DNA of 64,000 nt. It comes from Pseudomonadota bacterium. Lineage in GTDB: Bacteria > UBA10199 > 2-02-FULL-44-16 > JAAZCA01. The translations under genes were made by a program, and so were the position numbers. The stretch spans positions 48,520 to 112,519 of the forward strand of contig JAZDOG010000020.1 of the NCBI GenBank assembly GCA_043798915.1, given 5' to 3'. Shown here in pieces: positions 44,263 to 53,317 of the stretch; the stretch's first letter is position 1, and the number at the start of each line of letters is the position of its first letter. The notes beneath the pieces are model-generated. The model worked only from the letters and a program-made list of their open reading frames with translations. It was not told where the DNA came from and made no database searches.

Positions 44263-45765
44263 ATGGAAACTTTGAACGACATCTTCAGTTCGCTGGCAGG
44301 GCAGGGACCAACCTTGGCCGCTACTGCGGCGCTTTTGATCTACAAGTTTGCGGCCTCAAAGATCAAACGCCTGCCGATGCTGCCCGTGGGCCTTTTTATC
44401 CTCTACTGTGCGCTGGGCATCTTCCTTTCGGTCATGCCTGCGGATGCGGATGAAAAGGTGAGGCGTGCCATGGTCGTGGCCGTGACGGCGACGTTTGCCT
44501 GTGCGGTCGTGAGGCTCCTGTTCTTCATCTTCGCCGAATCGGTGTACAAGTGGCGGCGGCATGATGCGATCCCCAAGATCACGCGCGACCTGTTTCTCAC
44601 CGTCTCCTACGCCATCATCGTCATCGTGGTCCTCAGCACGCGCGGAGGGGTCAATCTCGTGGGCCTCATCACAACGTCTGCGGTCCTCACCGCTGTCATC
44701 GGCTTGGCTGCGCAAAACGCCCTCGGCAACCTCTTCGCGAGCCTTTCGATACAGCTCGAAAAACCCTTTCGGATCGGCGACTGGATCCAGTACAAGGAAT
44801 TCATCGGGAAGGTGACCGGTGTCGGCTGGGAGGCGACGAGGCTCTCCACATTCGAGGACGAGACGGTCATCATTCCCAACCTCGATATCTCGAAGTCTGT
44901 GATCAGGAACTATTCCATCCCCACGACGCGCCATGCGATGAAGATAGAGGTCGGCGTCGAATACGGCGCGCGGCCGAACCTCGTGCGCGAGATTCTCCTC
45001 GGGGTGTGCGGCCAGGAACCGGCTGTCCTGAAGGTCCCATCTCCTGTCGTTCGCATAGCGAACTACGGCGACTTTGCGATCACCTACCAGATGAGGTTTT
45101 TCTACGAGGACTACGGCAACTCGCCCGACGTCAGGGCAGCTGTGATGAACCGCGTGTGGTACGCCCTTCGCCGACACAACATCCGGATTCCGTTCCCTGT
45201 CCGCGACATGCAGCTCAAGCATGTCGAGCGCCGCTTCGAGGCGAAGGGACAGGCGGAGCTTCGCGCGTCGGCTGTCTCGAAGCTGTCGGGCGTTCCGATC
45301 CTCAAGCCCCTGGCGCCCGATGCGATGGATTCGATCGCGGGCCACATGGCGATCGAGGAGTACGGCGATGGCGAGGCTATTGTGAGGCAGGGCGATGCGG
45401 GCGATTCCCTTTACATCATTCACCGGGGCGCCTGCGACGTGGAGGTTTCGGCCGCCGCGGGGCCGACCGCAAAAATAGCAACGCTTGCGCCGTCGGCATT
45501 TTTCGGCGAGATGAGCCTGCTCACCGGCGAGCCGCGCTCCGCAACCGTCCGAGCGAAGGGAGACACGACCGTATTCTCGATCGGAAAAGAAATCTTCAGG
45601 GATATCCTGGTGGCTCAACCGGAGATCTTCGGGGAGCTTGCTCGCGCGCTCGCCAGCCGCCAGACCGAAACCGCGGAGATCGTGGGCAGACAGCGCGAGG
45701 AACAGGATCGCCATGCATCCAGGCTCCTGGTCCGCATCAAATCTTTCTTCGGCATGGCAACGTGA
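44263..45765 (+). CDS. MscS-family channel with C-terminal cyclic nucleotide-binding domain
   Basis: IGLAAQNALGNLF, PFRIGDWI, IPN, IPFP; CNB domain RQGDAGDSLYII, FFGEMSLLTGEPRSATV. Confidence 0.9.
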   Translation: METLNDIFSSLAGQGPTLAATAALLIYKFAASKIKRLPMLPVGLFILYCALGIFLSVMPADADEKVRRAMVVAVTATFACAVVRLLFFIFAESVYKWRRHDAIPKITRDLFLTVSYAIIVIVVLSTRGGVNLVGLITTSAVLTAVIGLAAQNALGNLFASLSIQLEKPFRIGDWIQYKEFIGKVTGVGWEATRLSTFEDETVIIPNLDISKSVIRNYSIPTTRHAMKIEVGVEYGARPNLVREILLGVCGQEPAVLKVPSPVVRIANYGDFAITYQMRFFYEDYGNSPDVRAAVMNRVWYALRRHNIRIPFPVRDMQLKHVERRFEAKGQAELRASAVSKLSGVPILKPLAPDAMDSIAGHMAIEEYGDGEAIVRQGDAGDSLYIIHRGACDVEVSAAAGPTAKIATLAPSAFFGEMSLLTGEPRSATVRAKGDTTVFSIGKEIFRDILVAQPEIFGELARALASRQTETAEIVGRQREEQDRHASRLLVRIKSFFGMAT

Positions 45766-45783
45766 AAGCTCGATTACAAGGGT

Positions 45784-45851
45784 TGTCATTCCCGCGAAAG
45801 CGGGAATCCCCTGAATTCAAGGGACCCCCGATTAAGGCCTCGGGGGTGACA
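45784..45851. repeat. REP/dRS3-like composite palindrome
   Basis: TGTCATTCCCGCGAAAGCGGGAATCCC ... GGGACCCCCGATTAAGGCCTCGGGGGTGACA; contains ATTCCC-N8-GGGAAT at 45788-45807. Confidence 0.7.
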
Positions 45852-46228
45852 TTCGTTGTCGTGTGTATCTGAACGGTCACTTTTTTTCTTTTCTCCGAAA
45901 AGGGCAGGTTGCTCATGCCCTGATAACCTGCAGGCTCTTATTTTTCTTGATTTTCCCGTCGTCTCCGGCTTCAAATGGCCTCTTACAAACACTTTGCTGA
46001 CTTAGACGACAGCTGAACCTTCTGCATCAAGGCTCTGTAGCTTGAGCTGCTCTTTGAAAATATAACAAAAATATTATGCTGTATTTTCAAGTAGTTATGC
46101 CCATTATCGATAGATTACTTTTATTCATCTCCACAACGTTTCAATTTAGAGCCCTTTTTTTATACGAACCTTTATGGCAAAAAATGCAAAAAACTCCATT
46201 ATTTCAAGCAATTACAAATAGAAAAAAC

Positions 46229-46301
46229 TTGACGGGGTAAGGTTTTTTCCGTTAAGTTGCCCATAAAGTGGGATGAAGTGGTAGAAAGTGTCTAAATAGT
46301 G
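46229..46301 (+). promoter_or_regulatory. dcw (Pmra) promoter with MraZ-binding direct repeats
   Basis: TTGACG (46229-34), -10-like TAAGTT; AAGTG repeated at 10-bp period (46266, 46276, 46286) plus AGTG at 46298. Confidence 0.75.
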
Positions 46302-46311
46302 AGTTTATAAT

Positions 46312-46752
46312 ATGTTTCGTGGGCGATACCAGCATCAGATCGATACGAAAGGACGGCTTTCCGTCCCATCCCGCTTTCGCGAGGTTTTGGCCTCAAACTA
46401 TGACGAGCGGGTGATCGTCACGAACTTCGATCAATGCCTGTGGGCCTATCCGGCGCCCGAGTGGGCGGAACTCGAGAAAAAAGTGGGCGCCGCGCCGCAG
46501 TTCACCGAGGAGATCAAGGCATTCCAGCGGGTCTTCGTATCCGCGGCGGTCGAATGCCCGATCGACAAGCAGGGGCGGATACTCGTCCCGCCTTCGCTTC
46601 GCGAGTACGCAGGCATTGCACGCGATGTCGTCGTCGTGGGTATGACGCGCAGGTTCGAGATATGGGCGCGGGAGCGTTGGGACGTAGTCTTCCAGTCGGC
46701 GCAGACCAAGCTCGAAGGGCTGGGAGAACGACTGGCCAGCTTGGGGCTCTGA
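46312..46752 (+). CDS. mraZ: Division/cell wall cluster transcriptional repressor
   Basis: MFRG, IDTKGR, IDKQGR, FEIW. Confidence 0.96.
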   Translation: MFRGRYQHQIDTKGRLSVPSRFREVLASNYDERVIVTNFDQCLWAYPAPEWAELEKKVGAAPQFTEEIKAFQRVFVSAAVECPIDKQGRILVPPSLREYAGIARDVVVVGMTRRFEIWARERWDVVFQSAQTKLEGLGERLASLGL

Positions 46753-46754
46753 CA

Positions 46755-47108
46755 ATGTTTGAAGTGAATCACATTCACGGTATCTCGGTGGTTGGCCTTC
46801 AGGGCGAGCTCTCCCGCCGCAACGTGCACGTGCTCGAGTCGGTTCTGAGCTCCCTCTCAAAATGCGAACAGCGCAACGTTGTCCTCAATTTCTCGGAGCT
46901 TCGCCACCTCGACTACAGCCTCGTCCAGCGGATCGCCGAGAGGATCATCGAATTCCAGTGCGACGGCGGCGACCTCAAGATGGCCGCGGCCAGCGGCTAC
47001 ATCAAGGAGATATTCCAGGCCATGGGGCTGGCCGACCCAGTCTACGCGTCGGTCGAGGAGGCGCTCCTCGACTTCGTTGGCGATATCCCCGACGAGGACC
47101 CGCAATGA
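46755..47108 (+). CDS. STAS domain protein (anti-sigma antagonist-like)
   Basis: VVGLQGEL, VVLNFSELRHLDYS, GGDLKM, IKEIFQAMGL, YASVEEAL; 2 nt after mraZ stop, ATGA overlap with rsmH. Confidence 0.8.
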   Translation: MFEVNHIHGISVVGLQGELSRRNVHVLESVLSSLSKCEQRNVVLNFSELRHLDYSLVQRIAERIIEFQCDGGDLKMAAASGYIKEIFQAMGLADPVYASVEEALLDFVGDIPDEDPQ

Positions 47109-48010
47109 TCGAAGCGCAGTGTGGCGCTGCTGCCTTCGAGTTTCATCTGCCGGTGATGGCGAGGGAAGTTGTCTCCCGGCTGGGTCTTAAAGCTGGCATG
47201 CGCGTCGTGGATTCGACGCTCGGCGGCGGCGGCCACGCGGCGGCGATCATCGAAGCGATATCACCGGGCGGAGAGTTCATTGGCATCGATCGCGATCCAG
47301 ACGCAATCTCGGCTTCGATGGCGAGGCTTGAGGCGCCAGGTTCACGCATCCGCCTGATCAGGGGGAGGATGGGCGAGATGGGCACGATATTGAACGACAG
47401 CGGTTTCGAGTCGGTCGACGCCATCCTCGCCGATCTGGGCGTTTCGAGTTTTCAGCTGGACACCGCTTCCCGCGGTTTCAGCTTCGGAAAGGATGCCCCG
47501 CTCGACATGCGCATGGACCCGACATGCGGCGGAAACGCACTCGATCTCATCGCTTCCATGGATGAGGGGGAACTCGCCGCAATCATCCGCGAGTATGGCG
47601 AAGAGCGTTACGCAAGAAGGATCGCGCGCGCGCTTTCTAAAAAGAGCATCAGGACGACCGGAGAACTCGCTGCCGCGGTAGCGGCGGCTGTTCCGCCGCA
47701 AGCGAGGCACGGCAGAATTCATCCCGCCACGCGCACTTTTCAGGCGCTCCGTATCGCGGTCAACGACGAGATGGGGGAGCTCTCGCGCTTCCTCGAAACT
47801 GCGCCCGGGAAGCTTTCGGCGGGCGGCAGGCTTGCGGTCATCAGCTATCACTCGCTTGAGGATCGAAAGGTGAAACATTCATTCAGAGGCGCAGTGGCCC
47901 ACGGCGGGTTTTCGCTGCCATTCAGGAGGCCCGTGATCCCCAATGATGAGGAGATCGCGGTCAATCCGAGGGCCAGGAGCGCGAAGCTGAGGGTCATGGA
48001 ACGCATATGA
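47105..48010 (+). CDS. rsmH: 16S rRNA m4C1402 methyltransferase
   Basis: HLPVM, DSTLGGGGH, DLGVSSFQLD, PLDMRMD, HPATRTFQALRIAVN, YHSLEDR, NPRARSAKLR. Confidence 0.96.
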   Translation: MIEAQCGAAAFEFHLPVMAREVVSRLGLKAGMRVVDSTLGGGGHAAAIIEAISPGGEFIGIDRDPDAISASMARLEAPGSRIRLIRGRMGEMGTILNDSGFESVDAILADLGVSSFQLDTASRGFSFGKDAPLDMRMDPTCGGNALDLIASMDEGELAAIIREYGEERYARRIARALSKKSIRTTGELAAAVAAAVPPQARHGRIHPATRTFQALRIAVNDEMGELSRFLETAPGKLSAGGRLAVISYHSLEDRKVKHSFRGAVAHGGFSLPFRRPVIPNDEEIAVNPRARSAKLRVMERI

Positions 48011-48378
48011 CAGCAGGCGCCAGCACAATATCCACGGCCGTTCCCATGTTCAGTGCCGTGCGGCATCAGCCGGTTGCGCCTAAGTCGGCCGCGGTCAGAC
48101 GGAGGCACATCAGGCAGATCGCTATCCTGATCTTCATAGGGGTCGCCCTCTCGCTGCTCTACGTCTGGATCAGGATTCAGGTGATCCAGCTGGGCTACGA
48201 GGTGAGCCGGATACGCAAGGAGACGACGGAGCTCAAGGAGCAGAAGAACCGCCTGGATGCCGAGGTCGCATCGCTCAAGTCGCCGGACAGGCTCGAGGCG
48301 GTCGGCAGGGAGCGGTTCGGCATGCGCCTGCCCAGGAGCGACGAGATCGTGTTCGTGGGTGGATCGGGTAAGGATTGA
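48007..48378 (+). CDS. ftsL: Cell division protein FtsL
   Basis: Single TM + coiled coil, LKSPDRLE..G; between rsmH and ftsI. Confidence 0.88.
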   Translation: MTAGASTISTAVPMFSAVRHQPVAPKSAAVRRRHIRQIAILIFIGVALSLLYVWIRIQVIQLGYEVSRIRKETTELKEQKNRLDAEVASLKSPDRLEAVGRERFGMRLPRSDEIVFVGGSGKD

Positions 48379-48380
48379 GG

Positions 48381-50393
48381 ATGCCTAAATTCAGGACGGT
48401 CGAAAAGAGCGACGACACCCGCACCGCGAAGAGGGTATTCGCGGTCGGCGCGGTATTCGCATGTTCTTTCGGAATCCTCGCCTGTCGCGCCCTCTCATTT
48501 CACCTCAAGGACAACGGAGAGATCGAGAAGGTGGCGATGCGCCAGTACCGCACGGCGGTCCACCAGAGCACGAGGCGTGGCAGGATTCTCGATTCGGCGG
48601 GCAGGGAGCTGGCGATCGATGCGACCGTGGAATCCATCTATGCGAATCCTCGCGAGGTGGACGACCCTGTCGAATTTGCGGACAAGCTCTCGAAGATGCT
48701 CAAGACCGACAGGCGAAAGCTCCTCGACAGGTTCACGGCAGGCAGAAAGTTCGTGTGGCTCAAGCGGAGGGCGGCGGATGCGGAGGCGGCGCAGGTGATG
48801 GGACAGAACTTCAAGGGTGTATATTCCATGAAGGAGAGCAGCCGCACATATCCGGGGAAGCTCCTCGCATCTGCGGTGCTCGGCGCCGTCGGGTTCGATT
48901 CGGCGCCGCTGGGCGGGATCGAGCTTTCGTACAACGGGGTGCTCTCCTCCACCACCGGCAAATCAGGCGATATGCGGAGGGACGCGCGCGGCCATCTGTA
49001 CCTCTCGCCGACCGACGAAGGCCAGGAACAGAAGCTGGCGGACGTCGAACTCACGATCGACAGGACGCTTCAGTACATCGCAGAGCGAGAACTCGAGAAG
49101 GCGGTCGCCAAGTCGCACGCGAAGGGAGGCTCGGCTATCGTGGTGGACGTGGAGACCGGCGCGGTGATGGCGATGGCCAACTATCCCACGTTCGATCCGA
49201 ACGACTATGAGAGCTACAGCCTCTCGAGCTGGAAGAACAGGTCGATATCGGACGCGTATGAGCCGGGCTCGACGTTCAAGACGGTCATTGTCTCGGCAGC
49301 GCTGGACGCCGGCCTCGTGTCTCCGGAGGACGTCTTCAACTGTGAGAATGGAAGCATCCGCATAGGGACGAGCATCGTGCGCGATGCGCATGCGCACAGC
49401 AAGCTCTCCGTCGCCGATATAATAAAATTTTCGAGCAACATCGGCGCGTACAAGGTCGAACAGCGGCTGGGTCCCAAGCGCGCCTACGAGGCGATAAGAT
49501 CTTTCGGATTCGGAGGGACGTCTGGCATCGACCTGCCGGGCGAATCGGCGGGGCTTCTGACTTCGAGCAAAAGATGGTCGGAGGTGCAGTTCGCGACCAT
49601 CGCGTTCGGCCAGGGGATAGCCGCCACTCCGCTTCAGATGATCATGTCCTTTGCAGCGATAGCCAACGGCGGGACGCTCCTCAAGCCCTACGTAGTGAAG
49701 AGGGTCGTGGGCGACGGAGGAGTGGAGCTCTACTCGAGGGGCCGAAAGGAGATAGGGCGGCCAATCTCGCCTGCCACCTCGAAGCTCATGGCTGGGCTCC
49801 TTGGGCGGGTCACAGAGAAGGGCGGGACCGGGACGCTCGCAGCCAGCCTCGAGTATCCGGTCGCTGGAAAGACCGGGACGGCGCAGAAGGCGGACCCGCG
49901 CACGGGCGGATACGCGCAGGGCAGATACTACTCGTCGTTCATCGGCTTCGCGCCCAGCGATGACCCTCGCATCGCGGTCTATGTGGGTATAGATGAGCCG
50001 GGCGGCGGCATGTACTACGGCGGCCAGGTGGCGGCGCCGGCCTTTCGCGATATCGTGGATGCGACTCTCCACTACCTCAAGGTCCCTGGGAGCCGGAGCG
50101 AGACATCGCCGTCGATCGAGGCGCAGATGCCCCCGAGGTCTGAGACCGCGGAGCTGGCGATGGTCGAGGCCGAGGAGGCCGAGCCGAGGCAGATCGTGCA
50201 GCATGGCGAGAGCTCATGGCGCCTCCCGGATTTGAGAGGGCTCACCATGAGGGGGGTCCTTGAGGCTGCGGGCGGGGTCGACATAGCATGGCGCTTCAGC
50301 GGGAGCGGTATAGCGGTCAACCAGCGGCCTGAGCCAGGGAGCATAGTTTCTGCAGGGGTTTCGTGCGACGTGGAGTTCAAACCGTTGATGTAG
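48381..50393 (+). CDS. ftsI: Class B PBP transpeptidase with C-terminal PASTA
   Basis: RRGRILD, EPGSTFK (SxxK), SSN, KTGTAQK. Confidence 0.93.
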   Translation: MPKFRTVEKSDDTRTAKRVFAVGAVFACSFGILACRALSFHLKDNGEIEKVAMRQYRTAVHQSTRRGRILDSAGRELAIDATVESIYANPREVDDPVEFADKLSKMLKTDRRKLLDRFTAGRKFVWLKRRAADAEAAQVMGQNFKGVYSMKESSRTYPGKLLASAVLGAVGFDSAPLGGIELSYNGVLSSTTGKSGDMRRDARGHLYLSPTDEGQEQKLADVELTIDRTLQYIAERELEKAVAKSHAKGGSAIVVDVETGAVMAMANYPTFDPNDYESYSLSSWKNRSISDAYEPGSTFKTVIVSAALDAGLVSPEDVFNCENGSIRIGTSIVRDAHAHSKLSVADIIKFSSNIGAYKVEQRLGPKRAYEAIRSFGFGGTSGIDLPGESAGLLTSSKRWSEVQFATIAFGQGIAATPLQMIMSFAAIANGGTLLKPYVVKRVVGDGGVELYSRGRKEIGRPISPATSKLMAGLLGRVTEKGGTGTLAASLEYPVAGKTGTAQKADPRTGGYAQGRYYSSFIGFAPSDDPRIAVYVGIDEPGGGMYYGGQVAAPAFRDIVDATLHYLKVPGSRSETSPSIEAQMPPRSETAELAMVEAEEAEPRQIVQHGESSWRLPDLRGLTMRGVLEAAGGVDIAWRFSGSGIAVNQRPEPGSIVSAGVSCDVEFKPLM

Positions 50394-50402
50394 AGGAGAC
50401 CG

Positions 50403-51893
50403 ATGAGACTGCATGAACTCATCAGAGAAGTTGAATCCTGCGAGCTGCATGGCAGCGCCGACGTAGAGGTGTGCGATATCGCGTACCGCGCATCCGAGGC
50501 AAAGGCGGGCTCATGCTTTGTGGCCATCCGCGGGACGGTGGCCGACGGGCATGACTTCGCGGCCGATGCGGTGGAGAGAGGCGCCGTCGCCGTAGTTTCG
50601 GAGCGCCCCGCGGCGCTTGGCGGTGCTGCTGTCAATGTCGTCGTGAAAAACTCGAGGCAGGCGCTGGCCCGGATGTCGGCGGCCCTGTTCGGCAATCCAT
50701 CGAAGGCGATCAAACTCGTCGGCGTCACCGGCACCAGCGGAAAGACGACGACGACATATCTCCTGGAATCGATCTTTGAATCGGCTGGCTTGAAGGCCGG
50801 CGTGATCGGCACTGTTGAGTATAAATATGGCGGAATCCGCGAGATCGCCCCGCATACGACGCCGGAATCGTATGAGTTGCAGAGGCTCCTGTCGCGGATG
50901 AAGGAGAGGGGCGTTGCGGCCTGCGCGATGGAGGTTAGCTCGCATGCGCTGGATCAGAACCGTGTTGACGCATGCCATTTCGATTGCGCCGTGTTCACGA
51001 ACCTGACCCCAGAGCACCTGGACTATCATGCCGACATGGATTCGTATTTTGCGGCGAAGGCGACGCTCTTCGAGGATGTGCTCTCCAGGAGCGCCAAGAG
51101 CGGGGTCTTCGCCGCCATCAACGCCGGAGATCCCCGCAGCGCTGCGCTCGCGGACTGCTGCAAGGCGCCGGTGGTCCTCTATGGCCTCGATGGAGATTTC
51201 GATGTGAGAGGGACCCGCGTCTCCTCCGATGCGGGCGGGCTCAAGATGCGCGTCGATACGCCTCAAGGTTCGTTCGACTGCTCCTCAAGGCTCTGCGGCC
51301 GCTTCAACGCGGAGAACATCCTGGCGGCGGTGGCCGTGGCGGGCCGCATGGGGATCGGCATCGATGCCATGCGCGCCGGGCTCGCCTCTGCCCCTGTCGT
51401 GCCGGGCCGCTTCGAGGCGATCGCAAACAGCCGGAGGATACTGGCGCTCGTCGACTACGCGCACAAGCCCGATGCGCTCGAGAAGGTGCTCTCCTGTGCG
51501 CGCGAGCTGGTGGATGGAGACGGCGGCCGGCTGATAGTCGTCTTCGGCTGCGGCGGCGACCGCGACCGAGGCAAGCGCCCCCTCATGGGGCGCACTGCGG
51601 CTCGCTTTGCTGACATCGCGATCGTCACGAGCGATAACCCGCGCACCGAGGATCCAGCCGCTATTATCGACGAGATCATGCCGGGCGTGAAGGATGCGGC
51701 CCATCCCCTCAAGGACGGCCGCGGCTACGAGGTGATTCCCGACCGCAGAGGCGCGATAGTTCGGGCGGTGGAGATAGCGAAGAGAGGCGACGTGGTCATC
51801 GTGGCCGGCAAGGGCCACGAGGATTATCAGATAATCGGGACGAAGAAGATCCCATTCGATGACAGGGAAATCTTAAGGGAGCTATTGGCCTGA
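50403..51893 (+). CDS. murE: UDP-MurNAc-tripeptide synthetase (meso-DAP type)
   Basis: GVTGTSGKTT, MEVSSH, EHLDYH, DYAH, DNPR, AGKGHEDYQ. Confidence 0.96.
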   Translation: MRLHELIREVESCELHGSADVEVCDIAYRASEAKAGSCFVAIRGTVADGHDFAADAVERGAVAVVSERPAALGGAAVNVVVKNSRQALARMSAALFGNPSKAIKLVGVTGTSGKTTTTYLLESIFESAGLKAGVIGTVEYKYGGIREIAPHTTPESYELQRLLSRMKERGVAACAMEVSSHALDQNRVDACHFDCAVFTNLTPEHLDYHADMDSYFAAKATLFEDVLSRSAKSGVFAAINAGDPRSAALADCCKAPVVLYGLDGDFDVRGTRVSSDAGGLKMRVDTPQGSFDCSSRLCGRFNAENILAAVAVAGRMGIGIDAMRAGLASAPVVPGRFEAIANSRRILALVDYAHKPDALEKVLSCARELVDGDGGRLIVVFGCGGDRDRGKRPLMGRTAARFADIAIVTSDNPRTEDPAAIIDEIMPGVKDAAHPLKDGRGYEVIPDRRGAIVRAVEIAKRGDVVIVAGKGHEDYQIIGTKKIPFDDREILRELLA

Positions 51894-51895
51894 CT

Positions 51896-53284
51896 ATGAA
51901 ATTCACACTGGGAGAGATAGCGAAGGCGACGGGGGGGATGGTCCATGGCGATCCCGCGCTCAAATGCAGCGGCGTCTGCATCGATACGCGGAAGCTGGCC
52001 AAGGGAGAACTCTTCGCCGCCATCCGCGGCGCCCACTTCGACGGACACGATTTTCTGGGCGATGCGCATGCCGCAGGTGCGGCGGCGCTCCTGGCCGGCT
52101 GCGGGGTGAAGATTCCCAAGGGCGCTGCAGCGGTGGAGGTCCAAGATACGGTAAAGGCCATGGGCGACATCGCGTCGTGGTGGAGGGGTCGCTTCGCTGT
52201 GCCATGCGTTGCGATCACCGGCAGCAACGGCAAATCGACGACGAAGGAGATGACCTCATCCGTGGCCGGCGTCCTGGGGCCGGTCCTCAAGACGGAGGGC
52301 AATTTCAACAACCTCATCGGGCTTCCTCTCACTATCTTCCGCTGGAATGATTCAAGCCGCGTGGCCATCCTCGAGATGGGGATGAACGCCCCGGGCGAGA
52401 TTCGGCGCCTGACTCAGATTGCGAGGCCGGACGTAGGGCTGATTACCAACATCACGGCCGCGCACTTGGAGAAGCTGGGCAGCGTGGAGGCGGTGGCGGA
52501 GGCAAAAGGGGAGCTCTTCGAGGCCATGGGCGAATCCGGGATTGCCGTGGTGAACGGCGAAGACCGCTGGGCGAAAGAGATGGCAGCTAAACACCGGGGA
52601 AAGAAGATCGTCTTCGGGATGCAGAACGGATCGGACGTCCAGTTTCTCCATATGGATATGGAGGGCCTGGATTCGATGGATCTCTCGATAGCCGTGATGG
52701 GCAAGGAATATCGCCTCGCCCTGCCGGTGCCCGGAGCGCACAACGTCATGAATGCGCTGGCCGCCGTCGCCGCAGGCTTGGCGCTCGGGATCGATCCGGC
52801 AAAGGCCGTGGAGAGGATCGAGGGATTCCGGCCGATGGCGATGCGTATGGAGCGGATCCAGCTCGCAAACGGCGTGCGCGTCGTCAACGACTCCTACAAC
52901 GCAAACCCGGAGTCGATGCGCGCCGCGTTCCGCACCGTCGGATCCGCCAAGCGCGCGGGGCGGTTCATCGCGGCGCTCGGCGACATGCTGGAGCTGGGAG
53001 AGGCTTCTTCCGAGCTCCACAAACAGGTCGGGGAAGCGGCGGCCTCGATGGGAGTCGAACGCCTCTACGTCATGGGCGACTTCGCCTCCGACACCGCCAG
53101 CGGCGCAATAAGCGGTGGGCTGGACGACTCTGATATCGTCGTTTGCGACGGCGGCACCGGGCAGGTGGCCAGGCTCCTCGAGGAGGAGGTTCGCGCCGGC
53201 GATGTGCTGCTCGTCAAGGGATCGCGCGGAATGAAAATGGAAAGGGTCGTCGAGCACCTGAAAGAAAATATAGGGATGGGATGA
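51896..53284 (+). CDS. murF: UDP-MurNAc-pentapeptide synthetase
   Basis: ITGSNGKSTTK, NFNNLIGLP, LEMGM, NDSYNANPESM, GDMLELG, KGSRGM. Confidence 0.96.
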   Translation: MKFTLGEIAKATGGMVHGDPALKCSGVCIDTRKLAKGELFAAIRGAHFDGHDFLGDAHAAGAAALLAGCGVKIPKGAAAVEVQDTVKAMGDIASWWRGRFAVPCVAITGSNGKSTTKEMTSSVAGVLGPVLKTEGNFNNLIGLPLTIFRWNDSSRVAILEMGMNAPGEIRRLTQIARPDVGLITNITAAHLEKLGSVEAVAEAKGELFEAMGESGIAVVNGEDRWAKEMAAKHRGKKIVFGMQNGSDVQFLHMDMEGLDSMDLSIAVMGKEYRLALPVPGAHNVMNALAAVAAGLALGIDPAKAVERIEGFRPMAMRMERIQLANGVRVVNDSYNANPESMRAAFRTVGSAKRAGRFIAALGDMLELGEASSELHKQVGEAAASMGVERLYVMGDFASDTASGAISGGLDDSDIVVCDGGTGQVARLLEEEVRAGDVLLVKGSRGMKMERVVEHLKENIGMG

Positions 53285-53317
53285 CGTAAATTTTGGATTT
53301 CAGATCCGGGAGATGCG

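Noticed and set aside
46434..46754. N-terminal extension of the 224-aa ORF, or an MraZ-STAS frameshift fusion
   Set aside because: mraZ is complete with its own stop; the STAS fold begins at ATG 46755; no slippery site evident.
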